A stretch of 32,375 bases of DNA from Seison nebaliae. Lineage: Eukaryota. Positions 12,397 to 24,133 of the stretch are shown one piece after another. Positions within the stretch are counted from its first letter, which is position 1, and every line of letters begins with the position of its first letter. The stretch is from the NCBI GenBank assembly GCA_023231475.1, contig JALJEE010000712.1:62001-94375 (forward strand), written 5' to 3'. The notes beneath the pieces are model-generated. The model was given only the letters and a program-made list of their open reading frames with translations, ran no database searches and was not told the origin of the DNA. The position numbers and the translations under genes are program-made.

Positions 12397-14121
12397 ATGG
12401 TTCTTAAGAAAGTGAAGACGAGTTCCGCAGGATTGAAAAAGAAGAGTTCATTAGAATTGAAGAAGAAGAATTATGAAATGTTGCAGCCGAAGAAGACTTT
12501 AGAAGAATTGAAGAAGAAAAAAAGTTCGGAAATATTGAAAAAGAAGAAGAGTTCAGAAGAATTGAAGAAGAATAATTGTAAAGGATTGAAGAAGAAAATT
12601 CAAGATCCTTTAGATTTGTCTGATGTTCTTGACGAAGAGGAAAAGAATCCATTCGCTTTTCGATCTAGTTTGACGCCGCTTCGGAAGACTTCAAGCGATA
12701 AGTTTGAGAAATTATTTGCAAGCATCAAACCGGCCGTTGACACTTTGCCTGATGTAGATGATATAATGAGTTTTGGAAGTGATGACGATATGAAGTGCAA
12801 GAAGATGCCGTTGGGAACGATGAAGAATGATAATGTTGGTTTGATCGATGTTCAGAAGAACTTTTGTAATATATTGAGTAAACCGTTCGATCAACCAACA
12901 GTTGGTAATGATATGAAAAAAATGGACAAGATGATTGAATGTCAACGAATGGCAATATTGAATGAATCAACTTGTCTCCTCCAATATTACAATTGGAGAG
13001 GTGTGACCGTCATTAAGAAATCTCCTGATTATTCGTTGATTAGTGAAGATATGGAGAATCGATTAATGAAATTAGAGGAACATTTTAGAAAGAGAACGGA
13101 TAAATTAAATATTAAAATTATGAGTTTCTATAAATATGTTCAAGAGAAATCGAAAGAATTATCATGGATATCTGATGGCATCACTTTGACAAGTTATCTT
13201 CTACAACATTATCCATTTATGTTGATTGAATTGAATAAGTTTGAGATTCGTAATAAATTCCTCAATCGATTTTTCGCTTATACGATCCGACTACCACATT
13301 TCGTGACGAAAGAGTTCCGTTCTGACAAAAACACATTTCTCTTTCAACTTCTCAAGAGAGAAATACATTTCACTTCGATGACTTCCGAGATGTTTGTCAA
13401 AGTTTTTACGAACATTTTCATTTCCCATTTCTTATATTTCCATGATAATGACAATGTCATTTCATTCAATGAATTCATCAATGTCATTCGACAATTTGCT
13501 AGATGGGATTCTGAAGAGTTCGAGAAGAATTCCGAGAAGGAATTGAATTATTTTACGAAATCATTTCAAGAACATTTCCTTCGATTTGAATATATCATTC
13601 CTGTATTAGTTGATGAAGTTCAACGATTAGATAATCTCTATCTGCCTATGGAAGCAGTGAGATTCTTCGGAAAAATAACAAAAGAATTTGAAGACATTCC
13701 TAAATTATTCTCAATTTTCCACAACGTTCATCAAAATCTCCTTTTCAATATCATTCTCTTCTACATGAGAGATCCGCGAACATTCCAAACGGACACTATG
13801 GACTTCATTATTCGCAAACCAAATACTGTACTTTATAAACTTATTTATTTGATTAAAAAAGAAATCAAATCATTAAATTCATTGAGAGAAAGTGGTTCTA
13901 AAGGTAACACAATAATTCCTCGTGTACATCTCACATTACCATTCATTTATTCGGTACAAATACTTCTCCAACATTCCGATCCAGCAAGTAAACAGACAGC
14001 TAATTTAGCAAAAATTTCCAAGGCATTCCTCAATCTATTCAATATCGTCGGATTGACTCCTCTCGCCAATTATTCAATTTTAATCGCCAATGGATTAATC
14101 CCAAGAATTCCATTAATGTAA
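12397..14121 (+). CDS. Hypothetical protein (574 aa, single exon) with N-terminal Lys-rich repeats and a predicted helical C-terminal domain
   Basis: 1.7-kb uninterrupted ORF in very AT-rich DNA, AATAAA about 30 nt after the stop; no family recognised. Confidence 0.75.
   Translation: MVLKKVKTSSAGLKKKSSLELKKKNYEMLQPKKTLEELKKKKSSEILKKKKSSEELKKNNCKGLKKKIQDPLDLSDVLDEEEKNPFAFRSSLTPLRKTSSDKFEKLFASIKPAVDTLPDVDDIMSFGSDDDMKCKKMPLGTMKNDNVGLIDVQKNFCNILSKPFDQPTVGNDMKKMDKMIECQRMAILNESTCLLQYYNWRGVTVIKKSPDYSLISEDMENRLMKLEEHFRKRTDKLNIKIMSFYKYVQEKSKELSWISDGITLTSYLLQHYPFMLIELNKFEIRNKFLNRFFAYTIRLPHFVTKEFRSDKNTFLFQLLKREIHFTSMTSEMFVKVFTNIFISHFLYFHDNDNVISFNEFINVIRQFARWDSEEFEKNSEKELNYFTKSFQEHFLRFEYIIPVLVDEVQRLDNLYLPMEAVRFFGKITKEFEDIPKLFSIFHNVHQNLLFNIILFYMRDPRTFQTDTMDFIIRKPNTVLYKLIYLIKKEIKSLNSLRESGSKGNTIIPRVHLTLPFIYSVQILLQHSDPASKQTANLAKISKAFLNLFNIVGLTPLANYSILIANGLIPRIPLM
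12403..12600 (+). repeat. Coding degenerate 24-27-nt repeat (LKKKKSSEE-like, about 8 copies)
   Basis: Recurring TTGAAGAAGAA(G)...AGTTC units; protein LKKKSSLE LKKKNYEM LQPKKTLEE LKKKKSSEI LKKKKSSEE. Confidence 0.75.
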
Positions 14122-14235
14122 AGACCAATTGAAAAAAAAATAATTTGTTAATAAATTCAAAAATTAAATTCTCACACTCTTTAAGAATTTCTCATGAGAT
14201 TTTGAAATAAAATTATTTTCTCCTTTCTTTTTGAC

Positions 14236-15987
14236 ATGTCACGAGAATTGCGTCGAAAACTTTCGTTCGATCAATCAGATTTTGGTGAGAATATTTACGA
14301 AGGATCTTGTTCATCTGTTTGTTATTTTCTTAAACATCTATTCATCTAACTTCATTGAAAGATTATTAAATTTGTTAATGAAAAAAATGAAACATTAATT
14401 AGTTAGAAAATTAAATTTTTTTTCAAATTTTTTACATTTTTTTGAAAAGAAAAAAAAATCAGGAAATGTTATGGTTTCGGTATTGGTGAGAGGGATTTCC
14501 TTTGCAAACTTGATCATAAAAATATAATTAAACTTCTGAGTAATTATGAAACGGAAGATTATCATCGTTAATCAATTCATTTTCTCCTTGTTTCATTAAA
14601 TTAATTTTCAGATTTAATTTTCGAATATTATTTACAATCTGATTTATGGCACAAATTATACGTCTATGGAACATTTGAAAATAAGGTGATTAAGAGTTAT
14701 ATGTTGCAACTATTGTCTATGATTGAATATTTACAACAAAACCAAATAATTCATCGGTTCTTTTTCTTTCTTTTTTTTTTTTGACTTTATTTATCGCAAC
14801 ATTTTCATTCATTTAGTGATATGAAACCGGAGAATTTATTAGTTTCATCTAAATTCGATTTGGTACTTTGTGATTTTGGGACAGCTGTGGCATTTTTTGA
14901 TAATAAACGATTATCTCTTCCTATCAATCCACAATATGCACCGCCTGAATTAATTGAATCAAAGAACAATCAGCAATTTATCGATCTTTATTCCATCGGT
15001 TGTATTCTCTATTATATGAGCACAGGATTTGTTTATAAATTAAAGTTATTTATCTCTTTATCTTCTCCTTCTTTTATGTCCTTCTCAGGAACAATGTGGA
15101 GAATAACAGATTGGGGAAATTTATGAATATGATGAATCCAAATCAACGAGCACTAGTTCAATTATTGACGGTTTGAACTTTTCATTAAGTATTTGAAAGA
15201 ATGAAAATTTTCTTCCATTTTACTTCTTACTTACTTACTTGCTAGGAAGATGATTCAAGTAAACGAATCGGAGTGATTAATAATGAGTATATCGATTTTG
15301 ATTTGATACGTCGTCATCCGTTCTTCAATAATGAATGGGAGAAGATAACTGATATGGATATTAAACTTCTACCAAATATACCTGTCGCTCTATTGGATGA
15401 GAGTTATATTCCAATCGAAAAAGAAGTTATTGTTAGAGAATTTATTGAAAAAATTTTATAATAATAACATAACATAAATTAATTTCTCTTTAAGATTTCT
15501 GAGAAATTATCGGAAGAATTAACAATTTTATTTAAGTTGGATTGTTAATAAAGAATTAGTCGTCTATAATTTTTCTTCCTCTAGTCCACCGGTTAGTGTA
15601 AAAAGGAAATTAATGGAAGAGCAAAGAACAAAATATCCAGAAGATCATATTGTTGTCGGTTGCAAATTAATTATTCTCCAAGGAAATTTGAAGCAATGTC
15701 GCGGTTATGAGAAGCGAGATATTCGATTATTTTTATTAAATTCTCACAAATTATTATATAAGATCATCGAAGAATGTCCAACGAATAATCTGTTCGAAAT
15801 TAATTTGGAGAAACCGTTCACATGCCATTTACTCAGTCACGGAGATATATTCGCAATAAAAACTGTTAAAATTTAAAATTTAGTTTTATAATATTTTCTA
15901 ATTTTGTAGAAAAAACGAATATTTTATTTTGAATCTAACGAATCGTACAAATGGCATGAATATCTTTCTACTATTGCCAATTTGTAA
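14236..15987 (+). CDS. Divergent PDK1 (PDPK1)-like Ser/Thr kinase with C-terminal PH domain, 10 exons
   Basis: Nine short GT-AG introns give one frame: DFGENIYEGSCSSI, ERDFLCKLDHKNIIKL, IIHRDMKPENLL, LCDFGTA, QYAPPEL, DLYSIGCILYYMSTG, IRRHPFF, then KRKLMEEQ...LIILQG...FAIKTKKRIFYFESNESYKWHEYL resembling the PDK1 PH domain. Confidence 0.75.
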
Positions 15988-16515
15988 AACTGATGTTAAA
16001 TAATAATATAATATTTTCTTACATTTCTCATATATATATCACAATTTTAACGTTTTATTCTTTCAAAATTAAAATTTTTTTTTTCATCCAATTTTTAAAT
16101 ATACAATTAACAAGAATTATGTTAGTAAATATGGTAATTTAAATAAGATGGTTTGTTGAATATAACATGAATAAGGAAATATTGTGAAGAAAGTTCTAAA
16201 TTGAAATATCGATTATTTAATTTTGAATTGATCGAAAATTCTCATAACTAATATTATAATTGATAATTATAATAATTTGATTTTTAAGAAAAGGAATTTG
16301 TGGAATAAAAGAGAAGTCGTTTATAATCGGATATAATTAATGAGAAATGCGATAAAAATTTAGTTGTCCAAAACTTTTTTCAATAAAAATCTGATATCAT
16401 TCTAATATAAATCATTGCGTTGCACATCCAATATATTCGGACGATTGGAATTCAACGCGAAATCTTTGGAAGGCTAAATGAAAAAAAATGTAAGTTTTCC
16501 TACCAGACTTTTAAA

Positions 16516-18780
16516 TCAGGCAGTAAATAATCGGTCATGTGTGGATGAAATGTCGATATCCGACGGATCGAATATAGTCTCCCAACGGAGTGCTCGTACC
16601 GAATTGTAGCGACGACGGAATTTCTTCGGTAACATCGGTAATAAAACGGTTAATTGCAAGGAAATAATACTGTTCATAAGGAAACCAAAACTGAGAAAGG
16701 AAATTATAGTTTTGAGAAAAAAAATAAGGAAAGAAAAGATGAAACTTTAAATCTTTTAAATGAGCGTGCATATCTTTTAACGGATCATTATTTTGTGCTG
16801 ATAACGGTTTCTGGAATTTTTTTTGTTGTTCCAGATGGAATTTAATTGATTCCTTTTGAGAAGCTTCATAAATTGTCATACCATTTTTTATCTATAATTG
16901 AATTTATTCATAATTTTTATTGAAAAATTTCTAATTAAAATTTTTAAATTAAACAAAAATACGAACAGCATAAAAGATATAAGTACAATATCTGAATGGG
17001 AAGGAGAGTAAGCATATTGAAGAAATGATAATACAACATAAGAGCCATGGTGAACAAGTAAGAATTTGATATATGAATATGAGAATTCCATTAACTCGAT
17101 ATGTTGTATGACAATTTTGGTAGAGATCTATTATGATGATTAAATAAAATTATGAAATAATTATGAGATAATTAAAAAAATATAAACTGTTAAAGAGAGC
17201 GACAATTGTCCAACAATTGAGAATGATATGAAATATATTCCATCGATAAAAGTAAACAGAATTACCTTCACCAATGGGATGATCGAAATAAATCGAATCC
17301 AATTCATATTTGACAATACATCGATTGATTGATGATTCGTTGTTGGTGATAGAAATATTTTGTGTTGCATCTGAATGAAATGATCGTAACGGTCGACGTT
17401 TTAAACATTTGACGCAGAAGGTTCGTGAATTCATTTCATTTCGTTCACATAATTCGATGATTTCTTGATAACAATATTTCTCTTTCATTTCAATTGTTAA
17501 CGGTTTGTGAAAATTACAATTGAAATAGTTGATGATGCAGGAAATATAGAGTAAGAGATAAATTAAAAGATTTAAATATGAATGTCTTTCATATAAAATA
17601 TAAGTGGCGAAAACGACAGTGTAGAAATAGAATAAACAAGAACGTCCCAACCATTGTTCGAATGGACGGAAATTTGACATTCCACTAAATAATGCCATGA
17701 TTAGAAGAAATATAATAATGATAATGAATTGCATGACGAGTGATGAGGAATAATTATTGAGAGCACTTTGGAATAATAAAAGAATGACACCGATTGTAAT
17801 GTAGAAGATTCGTCTCATTGGCAAACTTAAAAAACTGTCTTTCTCCTTTATATTCTTCTCTAATAATTTGGATAAAAGTGGAGATTGTCTCGAACTTGCT
17901 ACATCGAACGATGTTCTCTTTTCATTATCTCTCATCATTGGTGACGCACCAGCTTTCAATAATCGTTCAATCGCCGTCAAATTGCTATTTGCAGTAGCGA
18001 GATGAAGTGCTGAATTTCCGTCACTTTCAATTTGACAATTGACATCGGCACCTAATCTTATCAATAGATCGATCGGTTCTCCATGATATATACGAGAAAC
18101 GGTATACATTAGAGGAGTGTAGCCTCGTTTATCGATAAGATTAACATCCATTCCTTTCGCTACCAAATAAGCGATGATTTCAGAATAACCTAATTGAGCA
18201 GCCAAATGTAGAATAGAACAACCTTCATTATCCACCAAACTCACGTCAGCACCATAATGAATGAGAATACCAATGATGTTAACAAGACCTTGTTTAGTCG
18301 CCCAATAAATCGGAGTGGAATGAAGATTTCCTCCAACACAATTCACATCAGCTCCACAACTAATCAGATATTCGATCAATTTCTCACGACCATTTATCGA
18401 CGCCCAATGTAACAGATAACATCCTTCCACATCAGGAGTATTAACGAATGTCTTCTTTGCATTAACATCATCTGAATGTTTCTGTTCATAATCCTCCACC
18501 AGAAGCCTTAATCGATCAATGGCACCATATTGTGTGGCTCTAATGAAAATGAATTGAAATAAGAAAAAAAAAATGTTTTTTAATGAAACTAATAACGTTA
18601 CAGCATTGAATGAATTATAATCAATTTGGTTATGTGGTGGTGATAAATTTTTATCTTTCGGATAAGAATTCTGAGAAGGAAAAGAAATATATATTGGCAA
18701 TGAAAAAAGAGAGTGGAAACGGTTTGATTCAATTGTAATTGTTTTTGTGTCGATGAGAGATTGAGATACTTTTTCTTCAT
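16516..18780 (-). CDS. HIP14/ZDHHC17-family ankyrin-repeat membrane protein with degenerate DHHC domain, 6 exons
   Basis: ATQYG, LLHWASING, GGNLHSTPIYWATKQG, GCSILHLAAQLG, GNSALHLA ankyrin repeats; hydrophobic TM segments; FCVKCLKRRPLRSFH...NRCIVKY...IGEGN; TCSPW, GMTIYE and a NFGFLMN...LRWETIF tail, ending TGA 16516-16518. Confidence 0.85.
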
Positions 18781-19186
18781 TGAGAAAAAAAAAGGATTTT
18801 TTCTAAAAAGAATTAAAAGAAAATATGGAAAAATTGTATAAGTTCTGTTTCTCTTTCACACTTTTCTCTCACATGATGATTTCATATGAAAGAAAGAAAA
18901 CTCATTTATTTTCCATCCCAAACACACAAAGTTCAAAGACGAAATTAATTTTAATTTGATTATTATCGCAATAAATAAATATGACAGATTATGCAAAGGT
19001 GGAAGAGAATGGAATTTATTATTTCGAATCGATTAACGGTCAAAACTAAAAATTTGAAATAATCCTTTGAATTTTTTGCGTAAAAATTCAATAATAATAA
19101 ACAATAATAATGACCGTTTGTAACAACTTCTATAACGAACAACTTTCATATTAACATTTCTTGTAAAGTTTTGTTTGTATAAAACT

Positions 19187-19200
19187 GTCGTCATAGTGAT
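19187..19200 (+). promoter_or_regulatory. RFX X-box-like element upstream of CFAP52
   Basis: GTCGTC-AT-AGTGAT about 75 nt upstream of the ATG; forkhead-like TGTTTG/TAAACA nearby. Confidence 0.45.
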
Positions 19201-19273
19201 CGAACTTTGAATATTTAGTGACAGTTGGAAAAAAAAGTATTAAGAATCACTTGAACCGAATCAATTAGGGAGC

Positions 19274-21279
19274 ATGTCATTCCAGTGCACGGAAACACCG
19301 AAACCGACGTATGAGAAAAATCAAGCAGTTCAAGGTCTGGAATTGTCGTCAGCAATCGGTTTTGATGGAACTATTCCTCGATCGTTAAAATTACATCCGA
19401 ATGATACACATTTAGTATATCCATTAGGATGTAATATCATTATTGAGGATTTGCGATCAACACAACAATTCTTCTTGATGGGACATGATAATAACATCAC
19501 TTGTTTAACCATTTCGACTACCGGCAAATATTTGGCATCCGGCCAAGAGACTCATATGGGATTTAAAGCCGATATTATCGTATGGCTTTATGAAGAGAAA
19601 GCGATTCATGCACGATTATCTTTGCACAAAGTGAAAATTGAAGCATTATCCTTTTCTTGTAGTGACATTTATTTGATGTCACTCGGCGGATTAGATGATG
19701 GTAGTGTAGTCGTTTGGAATGTTCAGGATAAGGAACCAGTTTGTGGCTCACCTGCCCAACATTCCACCGCTGGTTATTCATATGTCGTCGATTGTTCAAC
19801 ATTTGATGATAATCTGTTTGTGACCGCTGGTAATCAAACCTTAAGAACTTGGATGTTAGATGTAACGAATCGTAAAATTCGTCCGACCGACGTAAATACT
19901 GGAACAATTAAACGAGTCCTACGATCAATTAGTATGGCTAGAGACGGTTGTAGTTTTTTCGTTGGATCGACAACTGGAGATTTCCTTCGAGTAATGTTGC
20001 CCTCCTCTCAATTCCGTACAATCGGACCAACAAAAAATAAAATTTCTATAGGAATAACCTCGTTAGTGGCATTGGACAATGGGAAAATGTTATTAATTGG
20101 TGGTGGTGATGGAACAATTGCGTTGATGACAGCAGATACATTTTTGGTGAAAAAAAAAGTGAAATTACACGGGGCAATTCAATCGTTATGTGTGACGAAA
20201 GATGAAAAATTGGCATATGCTGGAACTGATAAGTCGCATATCAATAAATTAACTGTACCAGATTTGACGATTACAAATCTGAAATCTTGTCATGAAACCT
20301 GTGTCAACGACGTACAATTTCCTTTCGGCACATCAGAACTTTTTGCAACATGTTCATTTGAAACGATTCGAATTTGGCATTCGACAACGAATGCTGAATT
20401 AAAACGAATCACAATTCCAAACAAAGATTGCAGTTGTATCAGCTTCATGAGAGATGGTAAAAGCATCGTTAGCGGTTAGTATTTTTTCAAATATTTTGTA
20501 TTTAGTATTTTTCTCATTTCATCTGACAAATAATAAATAGGTTGGAATGATGGTAAAATTCGTTCGTTTTATCCGGAGACCGGTAATTTGATGTATGAGA
20601 TTCATGACACTCATCATAAAGGTGTAACTGCATTAGCCACCACATCCGATTGTGGCAGTATTGTGAGTGGCGGTGGTGAAGGAATGATAAGAGTATGGGA
20701 GATCAGTCGTCAATCTCAATCATTAATAGCGACAATGAAAGAGCATAAAAATGCCGTTTCATGCATCAAGATCAATAAGAAGAATAATGAATGTGTCACG
20801 TCGTCGTTAGATGGAACGTGTATCATTTGGGATCTGAAACGATTCATTCGAAATTCAGTTTTATTTGCAAACACTTTATTTAAAACGATATCTTATCATC
20901 CAAACGAATATCATGTAATTACTGGCGGTTCTGACCACAAAATGGCTTATTGGGAAGTATTCGATGGAACGCAAATCAGAGAATTAGAAGCAAGTACTTC
21001 TGGTTCTATTAATGGTATAGATATCGATCCCGAAGGAGAACATCTTGTCACTGGATCAGAAGATAAATTAGTGAAAGTTTAATTCGTCTTCTATTTTCAC
21101 TTTTCTTTCATCTTTTCCACAATTATTAGTTATGGGACTATAATAAAGGTATTGTGTCACATGTCGGTTTTGGACATGGTGGAGAAATCACTCGGGTAAG
21201 CATTTGTCCCTTACGACGACATATCATAAGTGTGGGTAATGATGGTGCCATTCTACGATGGAGATTTCCGGAAATTTAA
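19274..21279 (+). CDS. CFAP52: Cilia- and flagella-associated protein 52 (WDR16), 3 exons
   Basis: LELSSAIGFDG, YLASGQETHMGFKADIIVW, LSLHKVKIEALSFS, SLGGLDDGSVVVW, NRKIRPT, DGKSIVS|GWNDGKIR, YWEVFDGTQIRELE, DKLVK|LWDY...DGAILRWRFP; two short introns. Confidence 0.95.
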
Positions 21280-21729
21280 GAAAGATCATGAAATCGACGA
21301 ATGAATAAAAACAGCAATTCTTTTATAAATGTTTCTTCTAATAAACTTTTCTTCATTCTCTTCTTTAACGACAAAAGATATTTGACCGAAATTTTTACAA
21401 ATGAACTTCGTTGATTTATGGATTTTCAAGATAATGGATAAAGTTTTTATATAGAAAAATTTTGTTTATTTTTCGCTAATTTGGTGCGATAAATTCGGTT
21501 AAAATTAGGGATCATCCAAAATGTCAACATGTGACAAGGTAGTTTATGACACAATCTTGTTTCATGTCTCAAAGTCTCATTTCTGTTTGGTTAACTTTAA
21601 AAGGGACGACCTTCAATCGCTGAGAGTTCTTGTGGACATTTTCTCATGATAAATAACGAGTTTAATTCAAAGGTTGAAAGATTTAAAAATATTTAAACAA
21701 AAAAATATTATTTTGAAATTTTACGAAAA

Positions 21730-22934
21730 ATGTTTAAGTTTGGTCTGTTAACATTACTTTCCATCATCTGTTTAGTTGATTTAATCAAATTGAATGACAA
21801 TAATATTTTCTAGATTTCCGTTCGGCTATCGCTTATGATTGTGAGTCGAATGGACTCAGTTGCTTCTACTTCTCCAAATGTCACGAATTAAACGAGTGTA
21901 CTTACACCAGTGCTACTTGTCCGACATTGTGGGGTGGTATGAAAGGCAAATGTTGTGGTTCGTGCGACACAGTCGGAATTACTAAGCCACCAACAAGTCT
22001 TGCAACAATCCACCCAAATACATGTGGAATCCGACCAAATCAACGTATCGTCGGTGGAATAGAAAGTGATCCATATTCATGGCCATGGAGTATCTCTTTC
22101 GAACGATGGCAATCACACATTTGTGGTGGTGCTCTTTACAACAAACGATGGATTGTTACCGCTGGACATTGTGTCGGCTCATCTGAATCATCGTTCAATT
22201 CTCATCATTATCGACTAGTTGACATGTCTGTTTTTTCTATAGTTATTCGGTTGTGATCGGTCTTCATGACAAGACGAAACATGGCAGTCAAACTAAACGA
22301 CTAAAGGTGGAGAAGGTCGTTCGACATCCAAATTACAATTCCATCACTCTCGCTAACGATATTGCACTCGTAAAATTAGAAGTTCCAAATTAAAATTTAG
22401 AGAGATGATTTGAAAACGATTCGTTTTAGAAAGATATCCCATTCACCAAGTATCATATGAATGGTTGTGAATTGGAGGATGTTAATTTGATGAATATGGA
22501 ATGTATCGTGAAAGGATGGGGCTCATTGTATTATCGTTTATTTCATTATTTTCTCTTCCAAATAATGATTATTATAAAGAGGGAAGTAGCGTATCGAAAC
22601 ATCGAGAAGTCACTGTTCCAATTCTAACCGATACCCAATGTAAGAAGAAGTATCCAGGAAAAATTAATTTGGATCATCAATTCTGTGCTGGATTAAAGAA
22701 TAGTAACAAAGATTCTTGTCAAGGTTAAGTGAAATTCATCGAAATGTTTCCGAAGAATTTAAATTATTTGTAGGTGATAGTGGCGGTCCATTGTCGTGCC
22801 GATACAAGGGATCAAGTAAATGGTATTTAACTGGTTTAGTATCATACGGAATCGATTGTGGTAACGGTGGTGTTTACACTAAATTAAGCGGCTACCGAAC
22901 ATGGTTAACGAACACTATGAAGCAAAATTCATGA
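21730..22934 (+). CDS. Secreted trypsin-like (S1A) serine protease with N-terminal Cys-rich module, 6 exons
   Basis: Signal peptide [20 protein letters not shown]; activation site R-IVGG; triad motifs TAGHC, NDIAL, DSCQ|GDSGGP (S1 Asp implies trypsin specificity); five short introns. Confidence 0.92.
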
Positions 22935-23808
22935 AGAAGAAAGAATTGAATAAAAATATTCTTAAAGAAAATTCTTCAGAGTTTCATTAAACTTGAAATG
23001 AAAACCGATATAGAATATTTGAAATATTGCCAAATGAATTAATTAAAGTAAATTCGATGATTTTGGCATAACAATTTTAAATTGTTGGACTAAATTATAT
23101 TTTCGAAAAATTTCAAATGAGGTAATTCAAATTTTAAGCTTTAATTGAAATTAAAAATGTTTCAATAAAATTTTTCTTTCCAGTAACATGGAGAGATAGA
23201 ACAAACATTTAATTAATGTTTCTTAAAAAAGAATGATAATTATAATTTATTTGTCTTACTTCCTGTGTGAGTGTATGTATGTGTATATATGTGTGTGTCT
23301 CTGTGCGTTTGTGTATGAGAAGGGGGAGAAGAAATTAATTAATAAATAATATCTTCTCTGGTAATTTGATATTATTTTTAGATGAATGTGAAAGAAGAAG
23401 AATGTGTGTAGGTGGAAAGAGAAGGAATAATATGTACATGAACTTATATAAATAATATTCTTTTATCAATATCTACTAAATTAACATATAAATAAATCAA
23501 TGAATTATATTACGTATTTTGGAGAAAGGTGGGAGATCAGACAAGATCAATAAATAAACAACTGAACAAAATAAAAAGAGTTTCCTACAAAATCGAAATA
23601 ATCAGGAAAAAAAACTTATTAGTTGATAAATTGATTTTTTTCTATTTTAAATATTCAATTTTTTTTTGTTTAATGGGAAGAAAAAATTTTGGATTCTTTT
23701 AAATTCAGAGAATTGTTAATTTGTCTTTGTGAGTTGTTGAAGGTGAATCGGAATCGGGTAAAGAAGTAATTCTTTCCTTTTCCTTTACACGGAACGGATC
23801 AATGAAAT

Positions 23809-24098
23809 ATGTATTCACAACAGCAACAACAACAACAACAGGCGGGCGGTGGCTCTTCCATTCATCAGCAGCAATTTGGATTAATGAAATCGAATCAAAT
23901 GAATTTTAACGGAAATAATATGAATAATGGGAATAATGGGAATAATGGTTGTATGATGACGCCGATCGATTTCGAAGGAATGAATGGAGAACCGTTTATG
24001 AATTTGGGAATTCCATCGAATCAATTGGTGGAAGGAAATGGGAATCAGCTCAACAATTTATGCAATGCTACTTCCATCAATAATAATGGTGGTGGTGG

Positions 24099-24133
<35 letters not shown>

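Noticed and set aside
16405..16515. Intron-like segment and short exon after the HIP14-like stop, suggesting readthrough or an extra exon
   Set aside because: The frame ending at 16516 already matches the family C-terminus; the putative intron is shorter than others and unsupported.
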